A program made the position numbers and the translations under genes. From a virus (Duplodnaviria > Caudoviricetes), in the IMG/VR virus record IMGVR_UViG_3300029305_006500: DNA of 64,000 nucleotides; one strand, written 5' to 3'. The notes beneath the pieces are model-generated. The model did no database searches and was not told where the DNA came from. It was given only the letters and a program-made list of their open reading frames with translations. Positions 22,498 to 33,941 of the stretch are shown in pieces (within the stretch, counting starts at the first letter, position 1; the number at the start of each line of letters is the position of its first letter).

Positions 22498-22916
22498 TAG
22501 AAACGGTAATAATAGAAAAGGAAAGGAAAGGCAATACCCCTTCAATCCGAGTAAGATGAGCATACTAATATGTATTGAGAAGGACTAAGATATGACTGAA
22601 TTTATTACTTTTGAATCTAAATACGATCATTGGCCAAATGGTCAGAAAGATTTATTTCATGCTTCTTATTATTTAAATAAATGGTTAGAAGAATATCCGC
22701 AATATGAGATTGTAAAGTGGCAAGCTGTTCCTATGGGCCAGGCACCTAGAGAGACTGGTTATCTTATGGCAATAGTAGTGGAGTATAAGATTAAAGAAGT
22801 TCCTTATAACTCCGCACTTAATGATTATGATTAATATATAAATTTTTATATAGGGCTTAGTTTTTACGACTAAGCCTATTGTATTATATAATAGTAAATA
22901 TTTGCGGAGGTTATAT

Positions 22917-23696
22917 ATGTCTTGTAAGGCAAGTGATAAACTCAGAGTAAAAGAACTGAGAGAGGAAGTATGTAGGTTAGGGCGCAATCCTAAAGACTAT
23001 AGATATGATCTTGATGCGCGTAGACCTTATCGTATTGACGGCGACAAGGTCTATATATTAATTAACGATAAAAAATCTGGCTTAGAGATGCAGGTAGATA
23101 AAGCAGATTTTTATGAAAAGTTTTTAGCAGAGAAACATTGGACACGCTTAAATTCAAATTCCACAAAAGACTATCCGCATGTTAATGTGCATAATGCAAA
23201 AGGCATCTTAGTAAACTTACTTGCTGTGAGACTTATTCTTGGGGATACTACAGGATATAAGGTAACCTATCTTGATGGAAATCATTATAACCTGAGTCGA
23301 AGTAACTTAAAGCTTATACCAGCAACAAGCAAAGAAACTTCTGACCCTAAGAAAGTAAAGGCAGAATCTTCTGAAGAGCTGCCTGCGGTGGTTGAGTTTT
23401 CACTCCCTTCATTTCCTACAGAAAAGCAGTTAAAAGGTTTTTTGAAAGGCTGGCCAATGAAGGATGCAAGAGGGGTTTGGGAGCAAGTAAGAATAATGCC
23501 TGTTGGGGATTTTCAGAAGTTGCTTCCCATACTGGCTAGTCCTTTAGAGCTCGCTTGTAAAGTAGGTAGGCCCTCACAGCTTGAGACTGTTGCTAGACAC
23601 ATTTTGTTTGATATGTCTGAGAAGCAGCGTCGTGTTGCCTATGGAGTGGTTGAGCAGCGTTATAAAAAACTTTTACGTAAAAGTGTACCTAATTAA
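22917..23696 (+). CDS. Degenerate HNH-endonuclease-like protein
   Basis: VTYLDGNHYNLSRSNL matches the VDHIDGNxLNNxxxNL pattern but with the catalytic His replaced. Confidence 0.5.
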   Translation: MSCKASDKLRVKELREEVCRLGRNPKDYRYDLDARRPYRIDGDKVYILINDKKSGLEMQVDKADFYEKFLAEKHWTRLNSNSTKDYPHVNVHNAKGILVNLLAVRLILGDTTGYKVTYLDGNHYNLSRSNLKLIPATSKETSDPKKVKAESSEELPAVVEFSLPSFPTEKQLKGFLKGWPMKDARGVWEQVRIMPVGDFQKLLPILASPLELACKVGRPSQLETVARHILFDMSEKQRRVAYGVVEQRYKKLLRKSVPN

Positions 23697-26453
23697 GGTA
23701 AGGAGAAAGAAAATGATTACAGCAAAAGAAGCTAAGCAGTTGACAGACAATAGACTTAATCAGCTTGCTAAGGAATATGTACTTAACGATGCTCAAACTA
23801 TCATTCGTAAGGCCATAGATCTTGGTAGATATAGCGCAGTGCTTGATCTTGTAAATACTAAAATGGATCTTCCTAATGTTGAGGTAGTAGGGCCAGAGAT
23901 AGTAAAACTTTTAGAAACTCAGGGTTTTGAAGCAGAGTTTTATATATCTGATGGATATAGATATGAGGCACAAGTTACTGTTAAGTGGGGAGAGAAGTAA
24001 TGAAGCCTACTATAGACCTTTTAGCTGAAGTAATTGATGATATGGGTGAGACTCTGGCATATGCCGTACTTAGTCCTAAAGTAGAGGAGGAGCTTCTTAA
24101 GGCTTTAGCTAAGCTCAAACTTGTGCACAGTCGTTTAGCAAATCCTGTAACTCAGCAAGAAACTAAGAGGTATATCCCGGATAATCCCTTTAAGAGAAGT
24201 GATCCTGAGATTGCTTCTAAAGTAAGCGAATTGATTTTTAATTCGGATAAGCCTTATCGTTAAGGAGGATAAATAGCTTATGGCTAAATGTTATGTACTA
24301 AAAAAAGATGTTTCTATTACTTTTACCCCGGATGAAATTTTTGACTTGATTATCTGCTGTGAGGGAGATAAGTCTTATTGTAAGAATGCTATGGATCAGT
24401 ATCCTAAAGGTAGTTTAGGTTATCTCGAATATAAAAAGCTCTATGATAAAGCTGAAGAACTGCAGCAAAAGATTATTGATATTCGTAATGCTAATGGTGT
24501 GTTGGAGGAAGTTTAAATATGAAAGTATATGTTGTGACTGATGGGACTTATTCTGATTATGGTATAGAGAGAATCTTTTCTAATCTGCCCGCAGCAGAGG
24601 AATATAGAAAGTGGCGTAGGATCCGAAATGAGATTGAAGAGTATGAAATCTATGATGAAGCTTTTACTCCAAGTGATGGTAAACCATATATGTTTGTACG
24701 TATCCAAGGAACTGTCTATCCAGAAGCTGTAGTGGATATTAGATTTGAATACTATCCTGAGGTAAAGAAGGAAGAGACTGTTCATAAATGTGCGGGTCTT
24801 ACTAAACATCCTAATAATATTTTTACAATTTATAAGTACGGTTTTGTACCGGCAGAGCTTTGGGATGAAGAAAAGTATAAAGCTAAGTATACTAAGATTC
24901 TTTATGACCTTGCTGGTATGGCAAAAGCAATGTGGTATATTGACGGCCTTGACCCAGAACTAATTTGCACTACTATTAGAAATAAAAATGAGGAGTTTGA
25001 TTAATGAAAAGCAATAATAGTATTCACGTAATGGAATTAGATCCTAATAAGGTTTATAGTATTGTAGCTGAAGTTGGGGATATGACAAAGTCGGAAGTAA
25101 TAGATTATCTCACAAAAATAAAGTCTATTTGTGAAGAGCGAGATATTAAGGCTATCTACACAGCTGCGAGCTATGGAGTCCCTACGCTTACAATAAATGA
25201 AATTTTACCGGCGGTAAAAGAATGGCCTAAAGGAGAGTAATTATGAGTATTTTTGAAGCAATAAAAAATATGACTAAGGAAGAGCTGGCTGAGTGGCTCT
25301 ATGCTAATTGTGAGTATATCTCTGCAGAGTACGGTTCTTGCTCCGGAGCAGATGATAGTTCTGGTATTCTTAGACTTCTTGATTCTGCAGCAGAGGGAGA
25401 TTGGTAATGGCTGATAGAATAGACCAAGATATTTTTAAACCTATTCCTATGGCCGTATGGCAGGGGTACACAAAGCTTGGAGTTATTTATCCAAAGGGCT
25501 GGGTATACAACGGTGAAATTTTAACTGAAGAACTTGCTGTACCTGCTAAACCTAAATATACTAAAAAGCTACTTAAACATCTGAAGAATAGAGGAACTTG
25601 ATTATGGTTACAGAATTTGAGTACTATAAAGATACTTATATTTATGACGATCAGAGTGGTTGGATTGAAAAACTACTTTACGGAGGTAAGTTAACAGAAA
25701 AGATTTGCCCTATTTTTCATGAAGCACCCACTGAAATGACATTGGATCATATTTCTCTTACTGATAGTGAAAAGGTATATATTCTTAGAGCTATCCTTCA
25801 TGGTTATATTTATGGAGTGGGCAAGGGTGAGAGACTTAAAGCAACAGAGCTGAGAAGAGCTCTTGGCATAGATTAAGGAGGCACATGAGTAAAGATTTAT
25901 ATTTTCTTGCTGGTATGTTATTTCAGAATATAAGTTATCGTGTACATAAGACAGACTTAGAAACTATGTCAGATTCTTTTACAATAAAGGCAGACATTCC
26001 AGAGAGGTTTTTTGACTTTAAGCACTGGGATTTTTTTAGTGATGTTAGCACCTATACTTCTAAAATAGGCCTTAAAAGTGCTGCGGTGAAGAGGCTTACT
26101 GATCTAGTAGTTTCAAATTTAATCATAGAATTTAAAGACTATGATATAACTTATGAACATCTCACTTATGGTCTCGCTTATGGAAAACTATTCAGTTCTG
26201 CGGGCTTTACTTTTAGGTTTACAAAAAAGCTTCCAGTAAAAGAAGTGACATTCAAAGATATTGAAGCTAAGTTTGGATGCAAGATAAAGATAGTAGGGGA
26301 TAAATAAGGACTAAAATTAAAGTAAATGAAATTATTTCTTACGTTTAGTTTCTGAAAGACTAATTGTAATAGATTATCTGACAAGCATTTGTAAATTAAA
26401 AAAATGCTAAATTATACGATAGTTTATTTATTATTTGGAGGTAGTATAATATT

Positions 26454-27098
26454 ATGAAATATACAAACAATACTAACTTACAGCATAGCCTTCGTGCGCA
26501 ACTTACTTTTCCAATGACTTGTAAACATAAGTTTTATGGCATTGGAAAAGTAGTGGATGTTAAGGTTTCTGGTTCTGCTTGTGATTTAATTTTGGAGTGT
26601 CAGTTTAATAATTCTAGGCTTGGTTTACTGTATTCAAAGTTAGACAATGCAACATTACAGCTTCCTCAATCACAACGTAGATTATTTGATAAATTACTTG
26701 ATACTATTGACGAAGATTATCCAGTTATTGTATCTAAATCTAGGAATACAACAGGGTCTTCCTTTAAAAATTCACCGAGTTCTGAAGAAATAGTGATCAA
26801 AGCAGTATCCGCTGATGATGGTGATAACAAGGAGGAAGCTGTTGACTCTGTAAAATCTTCTCGCAAAGCAAAATCTAGAAAAACTCAAGATCAAGACCTT
26901 TTGAGTGTCGAATCTTTTGAGGCGCAGGATACTTTACAGACCGTAGTATCTACTATGGATACTACTTGCTGCAATATTGAAGAGACTAACGAAGTTTTAG
27001 CTGAACAGACTACTAGCGATGATTTTAGGGATAAAATTATTGAAGAGCCTACTTCAGAGGTTACTGTCTCAGAGGAGCCTAGCATTGAAGCTGATTAA
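26454..27098 (+). CDS. Hypothetical protein with Tudor-like N-terminal motif and acidic disordered tail
   Basis: CKHKFYGIGKV motif; Ser/Glu/Thr-rich C-terminus. Confidence 0.45.
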   Translation: MKYTNNTNLQHSLRAQLTFPMTCKHKFYGIGKVVDVKVSGSACDLILECQFNNSRLGLLYSKLDNATLQLPQSQRRLFDKLLDTIDEDYPVIVSKSRNTTGSSFKNSPSSEEIVIKAVSADDGDNKEEAVDSVKSSRKAKSRKTQDQDLLSVESFEAQDTLQTVVSTMDTTCCNIEETNEVLAEQTTSDDFRDKIIEEPTSEVTVSEEPSIEAD

Positions 27099-27910
27099 TT
27101 TTTTAAATAATTCTGCAGAGACTACAGAAGATCGTGAAAGGTTATTTAAACTACTAACTGAGAATGCTTTAGCCGATAAACATACTTCTTGGGAATATAT
27201 TAAAAATCCCATTGAGTGGGGTTTAATAAGAAAAACTAAAGCTAGTTTATATAAGGTTATTGAACTTTATGAACGAGTCTATGAAAGAGTTTATAAAGAG
27301 TACTGTAAGCAAGTGCGAAAAAATAATTTTGATTTTTCAATAATAGTAGCTTTGAAGCACTACCAACGTTGTAAGAAGTTTTATGAACAGGAATTAGATA
27401 CTGTTATAGATATGTTAGATGAGTACAGTGCTTATGTTTGGAAAGGTCATTTTTTATCTCAGTTTATTTATGGGCAAAACCGAGAGTCTTGGCATTTGTG
27501 GGATCATAGACAGGAGAATTTTAATGGAAACTGAACTTTCATTAACTAATCTTTTTACATTATGGGCTGAGCAAGTTAATCCGCCAATAATAGAACTTTT
27601 AGATATTAATAATAGACCAGTTGGTGCTTTGTACTTAAACAAGTTTAGAGAAAAAGGCAAAATAGTAGTTAGTGAAACTAATAATCAAGAGAGATATTAT
27701 TTATATTGCGACGGTGTGGGTATATACTTCTCTTTCTTTAAAAAGCTTTATTTATCATCAGAAATGGAAGAGTAAACATTGTATATTATATCAGGGAAAA
27801 TATTAAAAAGTCCCTGATATATTTTTATTAAAAATTAAAGTTAAGCCTATAAAGGCTTATTTAATTTGCTAAAATAATTACAGACTTAAATATTGAAAGG
27901 AGCTAAATCT

Positions 27911-28174
27911 ATGGTAGTATTATATTCTAATCATTGTCCTTTATGTAATAGATTAAAGGAAGTTTTAGATAACACTAAGGTAGATTATAAAGAAGTAAAT
28001 GATATTGATATCATGGATTCTTTAGGTATTGATAGAACTCCTCAGCTTGGAGTTGATGTTAATACAGATAATGGTGTAACGCACATTTTGCTTAAGTATG
28101 CGAAAGCGCTTAAGTGGCTAGAAGACCCAGCACGTAGAACAGAGTTAGAACAGGAGTGTTTGACAAATGGCTAA
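27911..28174 (+). CDS. Glutaredoxin/NrdH-like redoxin
   Basis: LYSNHCPLC..LK CxxC motif, TPQL; directly upstream of nrdD. Confidence 0.8.
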   Translation: MVVLYSNHCPLCNRLKEVLDNTKVDYKEVNDIDIMDSLGIDRTPQLGVDVNTDNGVTHILLKYAKALKWLEDPARRTELEQECLTNG

Positions 28175-30026
28175 GGTTAACTATGAAAAGTACAGAAAAT
28201 ATGTAGATTTTATCGAAGAGTACAGTGGTGCAGGAAATGCAGCAACAAAAAGTAAATTCGATTCAAATGCAAATATTGAGAATAAGAATGTAGCAACCTT
28301 AGCTTCTGAGATGCACAAAGGTGAGGAGATTGGTTATAATCGCCTCAGAATGATGGATATGCTGACAGAACTTTATGGTATAGAATATGCTCAGAAGTAT
28401 ATTGATCAGCTTGATTCACATATTATTTATAGACATGACGAAACGCATCCTTTGTTTCCTTATTGTGTATCAGTAACTCTTTATCCATTTATCTGTCATG
28501 GATTAAAGAGTATTGGTGGGCCATCAGCCGCACCTAAACACCTTAATTCTTTTGCTGGTAATTTTGTAAATTTAGTATTTGCTATTTCAGCACAATTTGC
28601 TGGCGCGGTAGCGACACCTGAATATCTTTCGTACCTTGATTATTATATTCGTAAAGAATACGGGGACGACTATTACTTGCATTTGGATGACCCGACTAAT
28701 ATTAGAAGTACAAGATCAAAAACAATTCGTAAAGAAATTATTGATATTTTTGAGCAAGTTGCTCATTCTTTAAATGAACCAGCTGCTGCTCGTAATTATC
28801 AATCAGTTTTTTGGAATATAGCTTATTTTGACAAACCTTATTTTGATGCTTTGTTTGAGGACTTTGTATTTCCAGATGGTACTGAGATGCAGTGGGAGAG
28901 TGTTTCATGTCTTCAGAAATTACATATGAAGTGGTTCAATAAAGAGCGAACAAGAACATACCTCACTTTTCCTGTTGAGACCGTTAATCTTGTGTATAAT
29001 CCAAAAACTAAGGAATATTTAGACAAGGATTGGTATGATTTTACTGCAGAAATGTGGGCTAAAGGACATAGCTTTTTCTGTTATACTTCTGATACTGTAG
29101 ATTCTTTGAGTTCTTGTTGCCGTTTAAAGAACGGTATCACAGAAAATACTTTTAGCTATACTCTTGGTGCAGGCGGTATTGCAACTGGATCGAAAGCAGT
29201 TGTTACTATGAATATTAATCGTATTGTGCAAGACGCAGTACGTGAAGGTAAGGATATTAGCGAGGCTATTCGCGAGCAAGCAAGACTTAATTATAAATAT
29301 CTTATTGCTTTTAATGAAATTCTCAAGAGAGAGTTTGAGAATAATATGCTACCTATTTATAATGCGGGTTATATTTCTTTAGATAAGCAATATCTTACTC
29401 AAGGTATTAATGGTTTAGTAGAGGCAGCTGAATTTCTTGGTATTGAAATTTCTCCGAATGAAGAGTATTATAAGTTTTGTCAGAGTATTCTTGAGCCGAT
29501 TATGGAAGAGAATAAAAAAGCAAGAACAGCAGATCTTATGTTTAATACTGAATATGTACCGGCAGAAAATCTTGGTGTAAAGAATGCTGCTTGGGATAAG
29601 AAGCAGGGATATGAGTCTCCGCGAGCTTGTTATAATTCTTATTTCTTTAAGCCAGATGATAGTACTCTTTCTATCATTGACAAAATGGAGATGCATGGAG
29701 ACCAGATTATTAAGTATCTTGATGGCGGTTCGGCATGTCATATTAATTTAGAGGAGCATCTTACCAAAGAGCAGTATAAGAAGCTTCTTACTATAGCAGC
29801 TACACTGGGCTGTAGTTATTTTACTTTTAATATTCCTAATACGATATGTGACTCTTGTGGTCATATTTCTAAACATTATACTAAGACTTGCCCAAAGTGT
29901 GGCGGTAATAATATAGACTGGATTACCAGGATTATTGGCTATGCAAAGCGTATTTCAAAGTTTTCTGAGCCTAGACAGGTAGAAGAAAGGTCTAGACATT
30001 ATGGCGGCTATGCTGAAGTCGATTAA
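28167..30026 (+). CDS. nrdD: Anaerobic ribonucleoside-triphosphate reductase (class III)
   Basis: PYCVS, SCCRL finger loop, C-terminal CDSC...CPKC Zn site and TRIIGY glycyl-radical motif. Confidence 0.95.
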   Translation: MAKVNYEKYRKYVDFIEEYSGAGNAATKSKFDSNANIENKNVATLASEMHKGEEIGYNRLRMMDMLTELYGIEYAQKYIDQLDSHIIYRHDETHPLFPYCVSVTLYPFICHGLKSIGGPSAAPKHLNSFAGNFVNLVFAISAQFAGAVATPEYLSYLDYYIRKEYGDDYYLHLDDPTNIRSTRSKTIRKEIIDIFEQVAHSLNEPAAARNYQSVFWNIAYFDKPYFDALFEDFVFPDGTEMQWESVSCLQKLHMKWFNKERTRTYLTFPVETVNLVYNPKTKEYLDKDWYDFTAEMWAKGHSFFCYTSDTVDSLSSCCRLKNGITENTFSYTLGAGGIATGSKAVVTMNINRIVQDAVREGKDISEAIREQARLNYKYLIAFNEILKREFENNMLPIYNAGYISLDKQYLTQGINGLVEAAEFLGIEISPNEEYYKFCQSILEPIMEENKKARTADLMFNTEYVPAENLGVKNAAWDKKQGYESPRACYNSYFFKPDDSTLSIIDKMEMHGDQIIKYLDGGSACHINLEEHLTKEQYKKLLTIAATLGCSYFTFNIPNTICDSCGHISKHYTKTCPKCGGNNIDWITRIIGYAKRISKFSEPRQVEERSRHYGGYAEVD

Positions 30027-30507
30027 ATATTATACTAAGCAAGTATGCTTTCAAGAGATCCCAGATGAGATTTCTTATACCTATTTTATATCAGGGTGTC
30101 CAAATAGATGCCCTGATTGCCATTCTAAACATTTATGGGAGGACGTAGGTACCTTTGTTACTGAAACCTTAGCTCAAGATTTAAGTACTCAGGGAAAACT
30201 ATGTACTTGTGTATTATTTATGGGCGGAGATGATAAGGATCATATAGAAAGTCTTAAACTCTGCTTAGATTTGTGTAAAAAAGCTGGTTATAAAACAGCT
30301 CTGTATACTGGGTTAGATTTAGATAGTGTAGCTAAAGATTTACTTTTATTATTAAATTATATTAAGGTTGGACCGTATATTAAAGAACTTGGTGGCTTGT
30401 CATCACCTATAACGAATCAGAGACTTTATAAGCTTAATAAGCTTGGAGATGTTATAGAAGATCTTACACCATTATTTAGGAGAACATTAGATGAAAATTA
30501 TGACTAA
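30010..30507 (+). CDS. nrdG: Anaerobic RNR activating protein (radical SAM)
   Basis: FQEIPDEIS...SGCPNRCPDCHS (CxxxCxxC), K.GPY...GGL....TNQR. Confidence 0.92.
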   Translation: MLKSIKYYTKQVCFQEIPDEISYTYFISGCPNRCPDCHSKHLWEDVGTFVTETLAQDLSTQGKLCTCVLFMGGDDKDHIESLKLCLDLCKKAGYKTALYTGLDLDSVAKDLLLLLNYIKVGPYIKELGGLSSPITNQRLYKLNKLGDVIEDLTPLFRRTLDENYD

Positions 30508-30679
30508 TACTGATAAAGAACTTGTGGCAGATATTAGAGCAAGACTTAAAGAAAATGATGGCTACTGTCCTTGTAGGTTAAAAAAGACAGAAGATACTAA
30601 GTGTATTTGTAAAGAATTTCTTGAACAGGATTCTGAAGGCCCTTGTCATTGTGGATTATATGTGAAAGTTGAGAAATAA
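30491..30679 (+). CDS. Ferredoxin:thioredoxin reductase catalytic-subunit-like protein
   Basis: GYCPC...CIC...CHCGLY three-motif pattern. Confidence 0.75.
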   Translation: MKIMTNTDKELVADIRARLKENDGYCPCRLKKTEDTKCICKEFLEQDSEGPCHCGLYVKVEK

Positions 30680-30917
30680 ACTATGGAAAATAATGTTATT
30701 TGGGAAGAGCTTAATAAAATACCTGAACCATTAACAGATTATGATAATGATACAGACCTCGATCTAGAGACTCTTATGAGTATGGATTGGCAGCTTTGTG
30801 GTTCTGAGACCTCTAAGTTCAGTGGTACTTGGGCAGATAATTATACCGAACCAACAGGCAAATATGCTAAGAAGGTATTTAATGATGGCTTTGTTGAATT
30901 TTATGAGTTAGCATAAT

Positions 30918-30950
30918 AATAAGGACCTTGATAAATTCAAGGTCCTTATT
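30918..30950. terminator. Bidirectional terminator between convergent genes
   Basis: AATAAGGACCTTGA-TAAAT-TCAAGGTCCTTATT. Confidence 0.7.
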
Positions 30951-32312
30951 TTAATCGGTAGATGTTTGAGTGTATTTTTCATATACCCAACGGTCTATAT
31001 TCTCATAGGAGATGAAAAATTGCTTTTTTGTAACGCCAATATCCTCCGGGTCTGAGAATTCAGTTAGCTCATTGTAATCCCAGTTGGAGATTTTTTTCGG
31101 TATATAATTAGCAATTTTTGGATGTGTTGTAAATTCATCTGCCCAGCTATAATAACGATACCAATGATTATCTTGTGAGGTACAGTTTGAATTATAGCTG
31201 TCTGCAAAAGATATTTCACAAAATATAAGCTCTGCTTGCTCCATTTGTTTTAGAGTAATATCTTTATTATTAAAATCTTTCAAGATAAAACTTTGATCAC
31301 ATTTATAAATTTCATTTGTAGCACAATCTATAAAGAAACACGAAATAAAGTCTGGATTGTATTTTAGACTTTCTTTTACCTTTGAAATACCAGTTATTTC
31401 TTCTAGTTGCTTATAAGGCAATCTAGCTGCTTGTACTCTTTCTTCTATAATTTTTCTTAGGATATCTGGTGTCATTTTACCTACATTGTCATTAGAAATA
31501 TGTAGTTTTCCAACTCCTGGAATATTTAATGTGTTATAAGTCTCTTCTCCTTCAATCTCAAGATCTCCAAGCTCTTCTTCTATACTATTTTTATAGTCTT
31601 CTAGCTGAATAAATATTTCTGGGTCAACCATATTTAAAGCTTTATCTAGCGCGTCTGATAGCTTATCGAAAGCTACATCTGCTGCTTCACGTTCAGCTTG
31701 TTCTTTTGCTAATTTTGCATTCTCTGCGGCTTTCTTAGCTTCTTCGGCTTTACGGATTCTGTCTTCTTCCTCTTGTTTTTTAAGCTTTTGTGCTTCTTGC
31801 GCTTGATTAACAAGGTCGTTAGCTTTTATGTTGCTAATGGTTTTAGATTGTCGGTCTAATAGTTGTTGGTTATTTAACCATCTACCACCTATTTTAGCTC
31901 CGCCACCTTTTTTACCACCATGTACTATTCCCCAAAGTTCTATAAGTGCTTGATAGGCTTCTGACTGGGCTTCAGGAGATCCTTTTTGTATAGTTATTAT
32001 ATTACCCCAAGTACTTGCAGGTCCAAGTTCACCATTAACTTCAAAACAAGTTAGTAAATTTAAGATAGCTAAATCTGCATCATAGGCTTTATGGAAGTTT
32101 TCATAATCGATAATATATTTTCCAGCATAATGTGATTGAGACATTGTTATGCCATTGCGAGAAATCGCCCAAGTATGATCTCTTTTTTGTGCATATTCAA
32201 AAGCTGCGGCTTTTCTTTCAGCAGGCGTCAGCCCAGCATAGGGTGATTTATAGCTACCATTATAAGCTTCTGCTAGCATATCTAAGTTTTCAAATAAATT
32301 TAAAATACTCAT
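30951..32312 (-). CDS. Putative internal virion protein; the only long minus-strand gene judged real
   Basis: 453 aa with no competing + strand gene. N-terminal LFENLDMLAEA. Domain shared with 18188..19621. TGCTAAATTAT motif upstream. Confidence 0.6.
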   Translation of the reverse strand: MSILNLFENLDMLAEAYNGSYKSPYAGLTPAERKAAAFEYAQKRDHTWAISRNGITMSQSHYAGKYIIDYENFHKAYDADLAILNLLTCFEVNGELGPASTWGNIITIQKGSPEAQSEAYQALIELWGIVHGGKKGGGAKIGGRWLNNQQLLDRQSKTISNIKANDLVNQAQEAQKLKKQEEEDRIRKAEEAKKAAENAKLAKEQAEREAADVAFDKLSDALDKALNMVDPEIFIQLEDYKNSIEEELGDLEIEGEETYNTLNIPGVGKLHISNDNVGKMTPDILRKIIEERVQAARLPYKQLEEITGISKVKESLKYNPDFISCFFIDCATNEIYKCDQSFILKDFNNKDITLKQMEQAELIFCEISFADSYNSNCTSQDNHWYRYYSWADEFTTHPKIANYIPKKISNWDYNELTEFSDPEDIGVTKKQFFISYENIDRWVYEKYTQTSTD

Positions 32313-32700
32313 TGTTTAGCTCCATTAAAAAGTGAGATTCTAAATAATTTAGCAAATTGCTTATAAGCCTGCTTTAAATTTTTTTATAAAATATAGTATA
32401 ATATAAAGTAATAATAAAGTAAATAGGAGAAACTTTTAGGAAAATCAGTTTTTCTAATTGGAAATATTAAGATGAAACAAAAAGAAGAGCTATTTAAAGA
32501 GAGAATTTTATATGAATCTTTAATTTATATTATGGAAACCCAGCAACAGATTTTAAACAGAGTTTTGGAGCTGGGCTCTGGTAAACCAATTACTATTTAT
32601 GATACCACCACTGCTGATTATTTGCTTACTCAGTGTGGGGCTATTAAAGATTATCTTTTATGGCAAGAACAAGACTTACGTGAAAAGGCGGCTCACGGAG

Positions 32701-33102
32701 ATGGCAACTAATAGAAAAGCAATACCAAAGGCGGCTAGGGAGGAAGTTTTTAGAAAATATGACGGACATTGTGCCTATTGTGGTAAAGTACTGACAACTA
32801 AAGACTTTCAAGTAGATCATCTTGTACCAGTTCAAAGAGAAAAATGGGGGAAAGCTACCGAGCAAGAAGTAGAAAATTTTAAGAATTTTATGCCTTCTTG
32901 TCGTAGATGTAATCATTATAAAAGAGCTCATTCTTTAGAGACCTTTAGACGCTATATAGAAGAAATTCCGGAAAAGCTTCGTGAAGGTAATTACATATAT
33001 AAAGTTGGGTTAGACTATGGTTTAGTAGAGGAACACCCAAGAGAAGTTGTATTCTATTTTGAGCAATGGGAATATGAGAATGATACGAGATCAATAGAAT
33101 AA
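32701..33102 (+). CDS. HNH endonuclease
   Basis: CAYCG...QVDHLVP...N..PSCRRCNHYK. Confidence 0.9.
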   Translation: MATNRKAIPKAAREEVFRKYDGHCAYCGKVLTTKDFQVDHLVPVQREKWGKATEQEVENFKNFMPSCRRCNHYKRAHSLETFRRYIEEIPEKLREGNYIYKVGLDYGLVEEHPREVVFYFEQWEYENDTRSIE

Positions 33103-33353
33103 AGGAGATTATTTATGGCAGGATATAATGAAGATTTGCTTGCAGCAATGAAAGTCCAGACAGAATTCATCAAGAAGCAGGCATTATTTGAAGTAATTCA
33201 GATGGTAGCCGTTTGTGATAACTTTGATGATTTTAAAAAGGCAGCCTTAGGAAAAGCTATAGAGTTTATGCGTGAAATGGAAGCAGATGGAACATTGAAA
33301 CCTGGATTTACAGACAAAGTTGTGGAGAATAGTAAAGTAAAAGGAGAACTTTA

Positions 33354-33941
33354 ATGGCAGATCTTATATTTTACGTGGGAGCAATGGGTAGCTCAAAAAC
33401 AGCTCATGCTCTAATGACTAAATTTCAATATACAGAACGAGGTAAACGAGTATGGCTTATTAAACCAGCTACCGATACAAGGGAACCATTTAAAACAGAT
33501 AATGGAGTTTGTTGGGCGCTGGTTAAGTCAAGAATAGGTATTGAGGCTTGGGCCGAAGTAATTTACCCAGAAGATCATATTAATGCTCCTATTACTGCAA
33601 ATACTATTATTTGTGACGAAGCACAGTTTTTAACTCCTGAGCAGGTAGATGAGCTAAAGATGATAGCCGATTCCAGAAATATAGAAGTTTTTTGTTATGG
33701 GTTGAAAACTGATTTTAAAACTCATTTATTTCCTGGGTCAAAACGATTACTTGAGCTCGCATCTAAAACTATTGAGCTTCCTGTTATTTGTGACTGTGGT
33801 AATAAAGCTGTAGTGAATGCTAGAATAATTAATAATTCTATTGTAGCAGAAGGCGAATTAATAGATATCGGTGGAGATGAAAAGTATAAAGCTTTTTGTT
33901 ATGCTTGTTGGAAAAGAAAATTAGCAGGAGGTAGTATATGA
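33354..33941 (+). CDS. tdk: Thymidine kinase
   Basis: GAMGSSKT, SRIG, CDEAQFL, YGLKTDF...FPGS, ICDCG...IGG.EKY...C..C. Confidence 0.93.
   Translation: MADLIFYVGAMGSSKTAHALMTKFQYTERGKRVWLIKPATDTREPFKTDNGVCWALVKSRIGIEAWAEVIYPEDHINAPITANTIICDEAQFLTPEQVDELKMIADSRNIEVFCYGLKTDFKTHLFPGSKRLLELASKTIELPVICDCGNKAVVNARIINNSIVAEGELIDIGGDEKYKAFCYACWKRKLAGGSI

Noticed and set aside
22917-33102. HNH genes as intron-encoded homing endonucleases
   Set aside because: Neither interrupts a recognisable gene, and no group I intron core is evident. nrdD is uninterrupted.
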